Virus record (IMG/VR): IMGVR_UViG_3300028191_000002
Coordinates: 1 to 54,160 of that record
Origin: a virus
Lineage: Duplodnaviria; Caudoviricetes
Reading direction: 5' to 3' (one strand)
DNA length: 54,160 nucleotides
Below are positions 47,116 to 54,160 of this stretch, one piece after another. The position numbers were made by a program, and so were the translations under genes. The notes under the pieces were generated by a model. The model was given only the letters and a program-made list of their open reading frames with translations, was not told the DNA's origin and did not search any database. Positions within the stretch are counted from its first letter, which is position 1. Every line of letters starts with the position of its first letter.

Positions 47116-47517
47116 ATGATTAAGAAACTTGTTTTACTGGCACTGTTTACGATAGTAATGGCCTTGAGCCTCTATATCGCAGGCTGCACGGAAAAGCAAA
47201 GAGAAGGTGTAGATGCTGCAGTAGCGAAAACTCAGGAAACCGTAAGTGCTATGACACCAGTGGTTACAGTGGCAAGCACAGCATATCCGCCACTTGTGGT
47301 GGTTAATGGAGTGTTGGCGGTTCTTGGAGCAGCAGCAGCAGTATGGCAGTCAGGACGTAAGAAGGACGTAGAGTTAGTCGCTTCTGAAATTATAAAAGGT
47401 GTCCAGGCTGCTAAGGTTGCTTTACCTCAAGTCAAGGCGACTATCAATGCTGCCCTCGAAAGCAAGGCAGGGCAGGCTACCAAGGATTATGTAGCCATTG
47501 TTAAGACGAAGCTATAG
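47116..47517 (+). CDS. Lipoprotein with an additional internal TM helix
   Basis: Signal peptide II with lipobox IAG-C; second hydrophobic helix LVVVNGVLAVLGAAAAVW. Confidence 0.7.
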   Translation: MIKKLVLLALFTIVMALSLYIAGCTEKQREGVDAAVAKTQETVSAMTPVVTVASTAYPPLVVVNGVLAVLGAAAAVWQSGRKKDVELVASEIIKGVQAAKVALPQVKATINAALESKAGQATKDYVAIVKTKL

Positions 47518-47530
47518 CAAGAACTCAGGG

Positions 47531-47560
47531 AGCGAGTCCGTACGCCAGACTCGCTTTTTT
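47531..47560 (+). terminator. Intrinsic terminator
   Basis: agcgagtc-loop-gactcgct followed by a T-run. Confidence 0.8.
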
Positions 47561-47608
47561 GCCTATACTAATACATAGGCCATGTCGAGATCGTCAAGCA
47601 GGGCTAAT
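47561..47608 (+). repeat. Intergenic element copy D
   Basis: gCCTATactaatacATAGGccatgtcgaGATCGTCAAGCAGGGCTAAt. Confidence 0.9.
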
Positions 47609-47624
47609 TTATGAGGGTAGAAAA

Positions 47625-47777
47625 GTGGTGGATTATCTGAAACCAAGGGAAGACAGGCTGAGATGTAAGTTACATCCGGAACGCAATGAATGGGCAACAG
47701 TAAATGGTATTCCACAGTGTGTTGAGTGTCACGAGCAGTGGTTAATAGAGCGAAATAAGAAAGAAATGAGGAAATAG
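47625..47777 (+). CDS. Small putative zinc-binding protein (GTG start)
   Basis: GAGGG RBS; C..H...C..C. Confidence 0.4.
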   Translation: MVDYLKPREDRLRCKLHPERNEWATVNGIPQCVECHEQWLIERNKKEMRK

Positions 47778-47779
47778 AG

Positions 47780-48448
47780 ATGGATAAGGAAATTGAAGAA
47801 GTTACTTACAAAGGAAAGGTATATGAAAATGTTGAGCGTCCTGAAAAGTTTATGCAATACTGTGCTTCCTGCGATATAGGCACGGAGTGTCTGTCGTTTC
47901 AGAAGGTCATTGGCAGGGAATGCAAGCTATCCGAAATATGGAGAGAAAAAGAAATGAGTAAGCTAAAGAAATTACCAGTGGATATTCAGAAGGTGCGTAA
48001 GAGTCTTAAGGTTGGAGATTTGATTTATGTTTACTGCCGATTAAGGAGGTGGAAGTTCCGCCGGAACCGTATCTGGAGAAGGGAATACTTTGAGCAATGG
48101 CTGGAGGCAATCTATCTTGGCTCCAGGACAATCATGGATGGTCGGGTTGCTTTTGACCCGGAGTATATTGAGTTTATGCCAGATTCTTGGAGTACAGTGG
48201 CATTGGTTAAGATCCTGGATAACAGAACTAATCCATTCTATTGCACTTTTGACAGTCTCATAGTTAAAGGCTGGATGGATAAAGAGGAAGTCAAGAAGAT
48301 ACCCTGTCCCTTCCAGAAACCATCGAAGGGATCTTATCAGCGGATGGACGGTAAGTATGAATCTATAGCAGACTTGCCCCGGGAAGGTGTGTCTTTACAG
48401 GAAAGGGTTCGTCTTGATAAGCAGAAGGAAGAAGGGTGGGACGAATGA
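47780..48448 (+). CDS. Hypothetical protein
   Basis: GAGG RBS; Cys-rich N-terminus. Confidence 0.55.
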   Translation: MDKEIEEVTYKGKVYENVERPEKFMQYCASCDIGTECLSFQKVIGRECKLSEIWREKEMSKLKKLPVDIQKVRKSLKVGDLIYVYCRLRRWKFRRNRIWRREYFEQWLEAIYLGSRTIMDGRVAFDPEYIEFMPDSWSTVALVKILDNRTNPFYCTFDSLIVKGWMDKEEVKKIPCPFQKPSKGSYQRMDGKYESIADLPREGVSLQERVRLDKQKEEGWDE

Positions 48449-48816
48449 AAGTTGCAATAGTCATAGATGGTGAAAGTGCTAAGGATTTATTTGCAGTCGG
48501 GTCAAAAGACCTCGTCCAATACTTCCTACCGAAGAAGTGGGGTGTCAAAAAGAAGGATGTTGTAAAGATTACCATGGAACAGTTTTTTGTAGACGATAAG
48601 GAAGTAACCCTCTCAGAAGTCTACAGCTCCGGCAAACCTTTTAGGACACGCTCAGATAATTATCGCCGAAAGGATAAAGGTGAGGCAACAACAGTACTTG
48701 AGGCATCCCAACGTAGTGGGAAGGAAGCACGGCAGGAAGAAATATTGAATGAGTTCGCTGCCGCAGAACAGGAGCAGTTTAAGGGCAAAGAGAATATGGT
48801 TAAGCCAGATGAATAA
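48436..48816 (+). CDS. Hypothetical protein
   Basis: Coupled ORF (likely start ATG 48445). Confidence 0.55.
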   Translation: MGRMKVAIVIDGESAKDLFAVGSKDLVQYFLPKKWGVKKKDVVKITMEQFFVDDKEVTLSEVYSSGKPFRTRSDNYRRKDKGEATTVLEASQRSGKEARQEEILNEFAAAEQEQFKGKENMVKPDE

Positions 48817-48845
48817 GTTGAGCCGCTACTAATACCCCGTTTCTC

Positions 48846-48899
48846 GGTGACCTTCAGTAAACTCCTAATGCAATAAACCAACTGAAGGTCATCTTTTTT
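48846..48899 (+). terminator. Terminator-like hairpin with 22-nt loop before the packaging operon
   Basis: ggtgaccttcagt / actgaaggtcatc followed by TTTTTT. Confidence 0.65.
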
Positions 48900-48951
48900 C
48901 GTGTTAATACTGGCACTTATACGGTTTGAGATGAAAGTAGCAGGAATATCC

Positions 48952-48980
48952 TTGACTTAGAAGGAATAAGAATATAAAAT
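48952..48980 (+). promoter_or_regulatory. sigma70-type promoter upstream of terminase operon
   Basis: TTGACT-N17-TAAAAT, same hexamers as 3430-3458. Confidence 0.65.
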
Positions 48981-49004
48981 AGGGTTATAGAAAAGGAATT
49001 AATT

Positions 49005-49358
49005 ATGGTAAAAGTAGGTGCAAAAGCAGGTGGACGTACAGCAGGCGATTACGCAATAGGTAGACGTAGGGCTCTACGTGAACTGGACAAGATATTAGAG
49101 ATAGAGGGTAACTTGAATAAGCTATCCGTAGCATTTCAAAAGAGGTTTGACAAGAATCCGTTCGAGTTCTTTACAAAGCTGGTTATGCCTTTACTGCCTG
49201 ATGTTGAGGACAGTAGAGGGGAAGGTGGAGTTGGTCAAACGACACTTACACCAGACCAGGTTGTCTTGGAAATGGATATGAGAACGTGTACGTTTAATCG
49301 GAATGGAATAAGTGAAACTAATGTAAGACCGAGAATCAAACTCAGGGAAGGAAGTTAA
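49005..49358 (+). CDS. Putative terminase small subunit
   Basis: Position and size; GGR..G N-terminus; NPFEFF..L...LLP. Confidence 0.6.
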   Translation: MVKVGAKAGGRTAGDYAIGRRRALRELDKILEIEGNLNKLSVAFQKRFDKNPFEFFTKLVMPLLPDVEDSRGEGGVGQTTLTPDQVVLEMDMRTCTFNRNGISETNVRPRIKLREGS

Positions 49359-49362
49359 AACT

Positions 49363-49767
49363 ATGCATAATCTAATAATGGATGATGAATTTGTGTGGAT
49401 GATAGGACAGTTACTGGGAGCAGGAATAATGTTAACCATAGCAGCAGTAGTATGCAATTATATGGTAAAGACATATAAGATGAGGCACGGCTTCTGGTTC
49501 CTATTTTGGTTATTCCCCTGGTCGTTACTTCCTTTCGTGTTCCGAACGTTAGCAAACGATTGCAATACGGATAAAGAAGAAAGTGTATATGTAATCAACG
49601 TTAAATTATCACCACAAGTATATGCGTTACTTCTTAAGGAATTATTAATTAAATCCCCGGATACAGATATATTAGATAATAATATGGTCAAGATGGAACT
49701 TGGTAGGGAAGTGTCAAGGAAGCTTATTCTATGGCAGATAGCGAAAACTCGGGCAGGGAAGAAATAG
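49363..49767 (+). CDS. Membrane protein (two TM segments) between TerS and TerL
   Basis: Two hydrophobic N-terminal helices. Confidence 0.55.
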   Translation: MHNLIMDDEFVWMIGQLLGAGIMLTIAAVVCNYMVKTYKMRHGFWFLFWLFPWSLLPFVFRTLANDCNTDKEESVYVINVKLSPQVYALLLKELLIKSPDTDILDNNMVKMELGREVSRKLILWQIAKTRAGKK

Positions 49768-49831
49768 CAAGGAAGTACCGGAGGGTGGATGAAGTGGCAA
49801 ACCAGTTCAATAAGAAAAGACGCGAGGATCT

Positions 49832-51250
49832 ATGATTGATTTACCAGACAATTGGACACCACTAAACTACCACCCAACCCAGTTCAAGTTGTGGACAACT
49901 AAGGCGAGATTCGTAGCTGTCCCAGCGGGGCGGGGTTCGGGGAAAACTGAATTGGCGAGAAGAAGGCTGGTTAGAATGTTACCAGTAAAGAAGGCATGGG
50001 GCAATCCAATGTACTTCTACGGAGCCCCGACCTACGGACAAGCCAAACGTATTGCCTGGGATCCGATTGTTCGTCTTATACCGAAGGAATGGATAGAAAG
50101 CATTTCAGCCTCGGAACTGTTGATAAGGACGGTATTCGGAAGTGAGTTACATATAGTTGGACTTGACAAACCACAACGTGTAGAGGGTAATCAGTGGGAC
50201 GGTTGTGTGTTAGACGAAAGCTGCGATCTCAAACCGAAAACGTTTGACCTGAGCATACTACCGGCACTTACGTGGAGAAACGGATGGTGTTGGAGGATAG
50301 GTGTTCCGAAGAGGTTTGGAATAGGAGCAGTTGAGTTCCATGAGTTCTACGATGCTGCGTGCAGAGGTGATGTCCCAGACGCGGAAGGTTTTACGTGGCC
50401 ATCATCAGACATCGTTCCAAAGGCATCCTTAGACTACGCCCGCTCCGTGATGGACGAGCGTGATTTTAATGAACAGTTCAACGCCAGTTGGCAGACAGCG
50501 GGTGGTGGTGTCTTCCATGCCTTTGACAAGGACAGGAATGTAAGGCCAGTAGCCTACGACCCACACAAGACAATCTTAGTTGGTTCTGACTTCAACGTCG
50601 ATCCAATGGCTTGGGTCTTATGTCACCGCAGAGCGAATGTAATAGAAGTGTTTGATGAACTCTGGTTGAGGAATACAAATACCCAGGCAACCCTCCGCAT
50701 ATTAGCAGAACGATACCCTGACCACCAGGGTGGGTGGGAGTTTTATGGGGATGCTACTGGACGAGCAAGAAAGACATCCGCTACATCAAGTGATATACAG
50801 CAGATATCTAACTACCCGCAGTTCCTCAGGCAGGGAAGGACAATCTTATACTTATACTCCAATCCCCTGGTAGGTGATAGATTCGCAGCAACCAATGCAA
50901 GGATATGCAGTGCGGACGGACAAAGAAACCTGTTCGTTGACCCGAGATGTAAGCATCTGATATTCGACTTGCAAAGCAGGGTTTACAAACCAGGCACACG
51001 AGAAGTGAATGACGTGGGCGATATAGGGCATATAACTGATGCCATGGGCTACATTGTCTACAAGCTCTTCCCAATCCGAATAAAGGTGGAAGTAAACGAA
51101 GAGTATGAAGTATACGTTACAGACCCAGCCAGCCAAGCCCATGCAAGGCCAGCAGATAGATTCTTAAAACAGAAGGCAGCAGTAGCTGCTTCTATTAACC
51201 ATAGTGAGAAGATGCCAGCAACCTCAATTAGAAGGGAACGGTTAAAATGA
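49832..51250 (+). CDS. terL: Terminase large subunit
   Basis: AGRGSGKT, APTYGQAK, LDE, GSDFN..P, GDATG, HITDA.GY. Confidence 0.92.
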   Translation: MIDLPDNWTPLNYHPTQFKLWTTKARFVAVPAGRGSGKTELARRRLVRMLPVKKAWGNPMYFYGAPTYGQAKRIAWDPIVRLIPKEWIESISASELLIRTVFGSELHIVGLDKPQRVEGNQWDGCVLDESCDLKPKTFDLSILPALTWRNGWCWRIGVPKRFGIGAVEFHEFYDAACRGDVPDAEGFTWPSSDIVPKASLDYARSVMDERDFNEQFNASWQTAGGGVFHAFDKDRNVRPVAYDPHKTILVGSDFNVDPMAWVLCHRRANVIEVFDELWLRNTNTQATLRILAERYPDHQGGWEFYGDATGRARKTSATSSDIQQISNYPQFLRQGRTILYLYSNPLVGDRFAATNARICSADGQRNLFVDPRCKHLIFDLQSRVYKPGTREVNDVGDIGHITDAMGYIVYKLFPIRIKVEVNEEYEVYVTDPASQAHARPADRFLKQKAAVAASINHSEKMPATSIRRERLK

Positions 51251-52653
51251 TAGGTACAGAGATAAAGATACCGCAGATAGATGCCAGGGTAAAGATTGGT
51301 GAGATAACTCCTCCGCAGGTCGACTATATCATTAGCACACAAGAGCTGATGAAAACGATGGCCACTGGGGCATCCTACAAGCTATACCGGGAAATCAGGC
51401 AGGATCCAACAGTAGCCTTGGCAAGGGCACTAATCTTGGCTACTGCGTTAAGTGGTGATTGGTCAGTAGAGTCCGAGAAGGACGTACCGGACGATGCCGT
51501 AGAAATGATAAACAAATGCCTTCTACCACTCCGTGAACAGATTATGGAGTCCGCTTTGAGTGGTGGTATTGACTTCGGATGGCAGGGCTTTGAGAAATGC
51601 TTTACCGTCGTGGATGGGATGATAGTATTAAGCAAGCTCAAACCACTACTCCACGAAATGACAGAGGTCTTGGTCATAACTGAGACAGGAGAATACGCCG
51701 GGTATAAGCAGTCACCATACTCGGGCAACGAGGTGTTCTTAGATGTGAATAAGTGTCTGCACATAGCATTTCGAATAGAAGGCACGAATTGGTATGGCAC
51801 AAGTCTTCTTGAGAATGTAAGGAAGACGATGGAGAAATACGACAGAGCCGAGTTCTCAGCCGCCGAATATGATAAGAAAGTGGCGGGTAGTCACTTTATT
51901 GTTTACTACCCATCCGGGACATCTATTATCGGTGGGGTAGTTACTTCCAACGCAACCGTAGCATCGCAGCTCCTGGGAGCCCTGGAAAACAGTGGGTCCA
52001 TTACTGTGCCGCGAACCGTGATAGAATACGTTGACCAGTTGAATAACTCGGAAAATGTAGGGTGGAAGATTGAGCTACTCGAAGACAATGGTGGACGCCA
52101 ACCAACCTTCGTCGAAAGATTAAAATATCTTGATGCATTGAAGGTAAGGGCATTGTTAGTGCCAGAACGAGCTATCTTGGAAGCTGAGTTCGGAACCAAG
52201 GCAGAGGCAGGTGAGCACGGCGATATGGCACTTAAGAATATCCAGTTGACTGACCGCCAGATAACCCGGATGGTCAATCAGCAGGTGGTAGACCAACTAC
52301 TAGCACTTAATTACGGAGAAGACTTTAGAGGTAAAGTGTGGCTACAAGCAGCACCGTTGATAGATGAGCAGATTCAATACCTCCGAAGCATCTATACCGC
52401 CCTCGTAACTAACCCACAGGGGTTCGCAGAAGAGTTTATGACAATAGACACGGACTCCATCAAAGACAAACTTCAGATACCAAAGCTGGACGTAGTAGCT
52501 GAGCAGGGCTCCCAACTACCACCATTGGACTCCGCAGAGCCTCTAAACGAGGGAATTCCAGAGGACGAAGAGGTTCAATTGTCAAAATTTGCGAAAGTGG
52601 TAGGATTTTGGAAGAAACCGACCAGGGCTGCGGCGGGCAGGACAAAGAAGTAA
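51247..52653 (+). CDS. Portal protein (Mu gp29/DUF935-like)
   Basis: Follows TerL; FGW..FEK, YG.SLL, G..A.A..H, L..LNYG. Confidence 0.8.
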   Translation: MIGTEIKIPQIDARVKIGEITPPQVDYIISTQELMKTMATGASYKLYREIRQDPTVALARALILATALSGDWSVESEKDVPDDAVEMINKCLLPLREQIMESALSGGIDFGWQGFEKCFTVVDGMIVLSKLKPLLHEMTEVLVITETGEYAGYKQSPYSGNEVFLDVNKCLHIAFRIEGTNWYGTSLLENVRKTMEKYDRAEFSAAEYDKKVAGSHFIVYYPSGTSIIGGVVTSNATVASQLLGALENSGSITVPRTVIEYVDQLNNSENVGWKIELLEDNGGRQPTFVERLKYLDALKVRALLVPERAILEAEFGTKAEAGEHGDMALKNIQLTDRQITRMVNQQVVDQLLALNYGEDFRGKVWLQAAPLIDEQIQYLRSIYTALVTNPQGFAEEFMTIDTDSIKDKLQIPKLDVVAEQGSQLPPLDSAEPLNEGIPEDEEVQLSKFAKVVGFWKKPTRAAAGRTKK

Positions 52654-52709
52654 CCTATCCAAAGACATAGGCTACCAGTAGATCCTCAAGCAGGGCTAAA
52701 AGATGAAAG
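52650..52709 (+). repeat. Intergenic element copy F
   Basis: 60 bp identical to reverse complement of 20112-20171. Confidence 0.92.
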
Positions 52710-52720
52710 GGGTTTTTGCT

Positions 52721-54160
52721 ATGGCAGACGGAAAATATGCGGTTAGTATGGAAGAACGGGCACTCGCGATACAAATGGCGAATGAGACGTATGTTATTGA
52801 GCACCGTGGAGCAGAAGCCGCGGCAAAGGTCGCTGCCAGGGCAAGGGCGAAAGTTAGGACAGCCTTCAAGCGTGGCCAATACTATCCAGGCATCATAACC
52901 GCAGAATTGATGAAAGCCAAGGACGAGCTCTTGGAAGCCACGATAGGTGCACATCTTCTTGGGTTGAAGAGGAGGTTAGACACTGCCAACCTACAGTTGT
53001 CTGCCTCCACACCACAAGTCCAGTACTTGAGGAAGTTACTTAATCTGAAGAAGGCTGAGCTGGACAAGCTTAAGCAAGTCTATGGAGACCAGATTGACCT
53101 GGCACTTATCAAGACAGGGGCAATGGCAGAGGGAAAGGTTAACACTGCCATCTACCAGTCACTAAACAAGGGTGAGCATATTCGAGATGCCACCAAGCGA
53201 TTAGAAAAGGCATTCGACGCATCAGGAATCAGTCCAACCAACTCATATCAGATAGAAGGCCTCTTCCGCACTCAGGCACAGATGGCATACAGCGGAGCGA
53301 AGTGGCAAGCTAACCAGGAAGGGTATGTTGGGGAGTTCCTTTGGGGTTATAAGTATGTAACCGTCGGCGATGACCGAGTAAGAATGACACACAGAATGTT
53401 AGATGGCGTTATCTTGCAAAAGAACCACCCAAAGTGGGACAAGATATTCCCGCCGAACGGGTGGGGTTGTAGGTGCCAGGTTATTGAGATATTCCATCCA
53501 ATGCAGGAACAGTTACCACCAGAATCCTATACTGACAAAAATGGTGTCCAGAAGTATGTTGGTGCGGACGAAGGTTTTGACTTCAACCCGGGACAGCTAC
53601 TGCACTATGCCACCAAACCGATTACCAAGACAGTAGCCGATATTCATCAGCAGGTAGCGGAGGCGATAAAGCAAAAGAAGCTTGATATTGAGGCGTTGAA
53701 AGAAAAGCTGGCCGCCGCAGAGGCGAAGATAGTTGAGAAGGAGAAAGTTTGGAATACCTTAGCAGATAAACCCACCAGCCCAACTTTGACGGAAGAAGAG
53801 TTGATGAAAGTAACAGGACAGTATACTACCCACGTTGGCAAGTCACTATACAATGTGTATGGAGAAGAAGGAAAGGTGTCCTTTGCAGCAGATGGGTTAT
53901 TCGTAGTATACCATGAGAATGGAACACCACCAACGCTTCAGGAAATGCAAAAGATAGTTATGGAAGGTGGTGATGCTTTATTAGTAATGGGTAAGGATGG
54001 GTCAGTCTCAAGCCTAAACCTCGATCCGTCGGTAGTAACGGATGATTACCTGGAAAAGTTATATCTGGTTTATCTTGAGAAAACGGATTCAAGCTCTAAT
54101 ATTGAAACATTGAATGAACAGTTTGAAGCAGCAGTAAAAGAAGTTACTGATGATGCTTGG
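52721..54160 (+). CDS. N-terminal part of MuF (SPP1 gp7/Mu F) minor head protein; continues at position 128 to 3196
   Basis: Own translation: FRTQAQMAYS...YVTVGDDRVRMTHRMLDG...HPKWDKIFPPNGWGCRCQV...GFDFNPG; absent from ORF track because it runs off the end. Confidence 0.92.
   Translation, partial: MADGKYAVSMEERALAIQMANETYVIEHRGAEAAAKVAARARAKVRTAFKRGQYYPGIITAELMKAKDELLEATIGAHLLGLKRRLDTANLQLSASTPQVQYLRKLLNLKKAELDKLKQVYGDQIDLALIKTGAMAEGKVNTAIYQSLNKGEHIRDATKRLEKAFDASGISPTNSYQIEGLFRTQAQMAYSGAKWQANQEGYVGEFLWGYKYVTVGDDRVRMTHRMLDGVILQKNHPKWDKIFPPNGWGCRCQVIEIFHPMQEQLPPESYTDKNGVQKYVGADEGFDFNPGQLLHYATKPITKTVADIHQQVAEAIKQKKLDIEALKEKLAAAEAKIVEKEKVWNTLADKPTSPTLTEEELMKVTGQYTTHVGKSLYNVYGEEGKVSFAADGLFVVYHENGTPPTLQEMQKIVMEGGDALLVMGKDGSVSSLNLDPSVVTDDYLEKLYLVYLEKTDSSSNIETLNEQFEAAVKEVTDDAW
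54034..54160. repeat. Terminal direct repeat, copy 2
   Basis: Identical to 1-127. Confidence 0.95.

Noticed and set aside
133-53853. Numerous antisense and alternate-frame ORFs in the supplied track (e.g. 12950-13414, 37657-38220, 39799-40242)
   Set aside because: They are shadows of well-supported genes, with no RBS or recognisable motifs
51247-54160. Transposable Mu-like phage
   Set aside because: Only morphogenesis genes are Mu-like; there is no MuA/MuB and the phage encodes its own replisome

Overview
The window is an apparently complete, circularly permuted genome of a tailed dsDNA phage. Bases 1-127 repeat exactly at 54034-54160, so the unit length is about 54,033 bp. The tail looks siphovirus-like and no integrase, repressor or transposase is recognisable. 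Modules: (i) a Mu-like packaging/head module (TerS, TerL, DUF935-type portal, MuF, gpI-like protease/scaffold) with a lambda-E-type capsid and a non-contractile tail with a -1 frameshifted chaperone; (ii) an autonomous replication/recombination set (primase, DnaB, SNF2 helicase, beta clamp, UDG-fused PolA, clamp loader, UvsY-like, gp32-like SSB, RecA, resolvase, SbcCD); (iii) a 7-deazaguanine DNA-modification pathway (QueE, QueD, QueC, FolE, DpdA-like) in which FolE is fused to a purine phosphoribosyltransferase-like domain; (iv) three blocks of small early genes behind near-identical sigma70 promoter/leader cassettes. The most unusual items are: a ~1502-aa MuF protein split by the contig ends, carrying two R-S-E ADP-ribosyltransferase domains and three C-terminal repeats that recur as four stand-alone early proteins; a repeat-delimited small-gene array; a six-copy fixed-geometry intergenic element; a second phage-specific promoter-like motif next to a sigma-like gene; and no recognisable endolysin. 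All calls come from motif recognition by eye, with no database searches.
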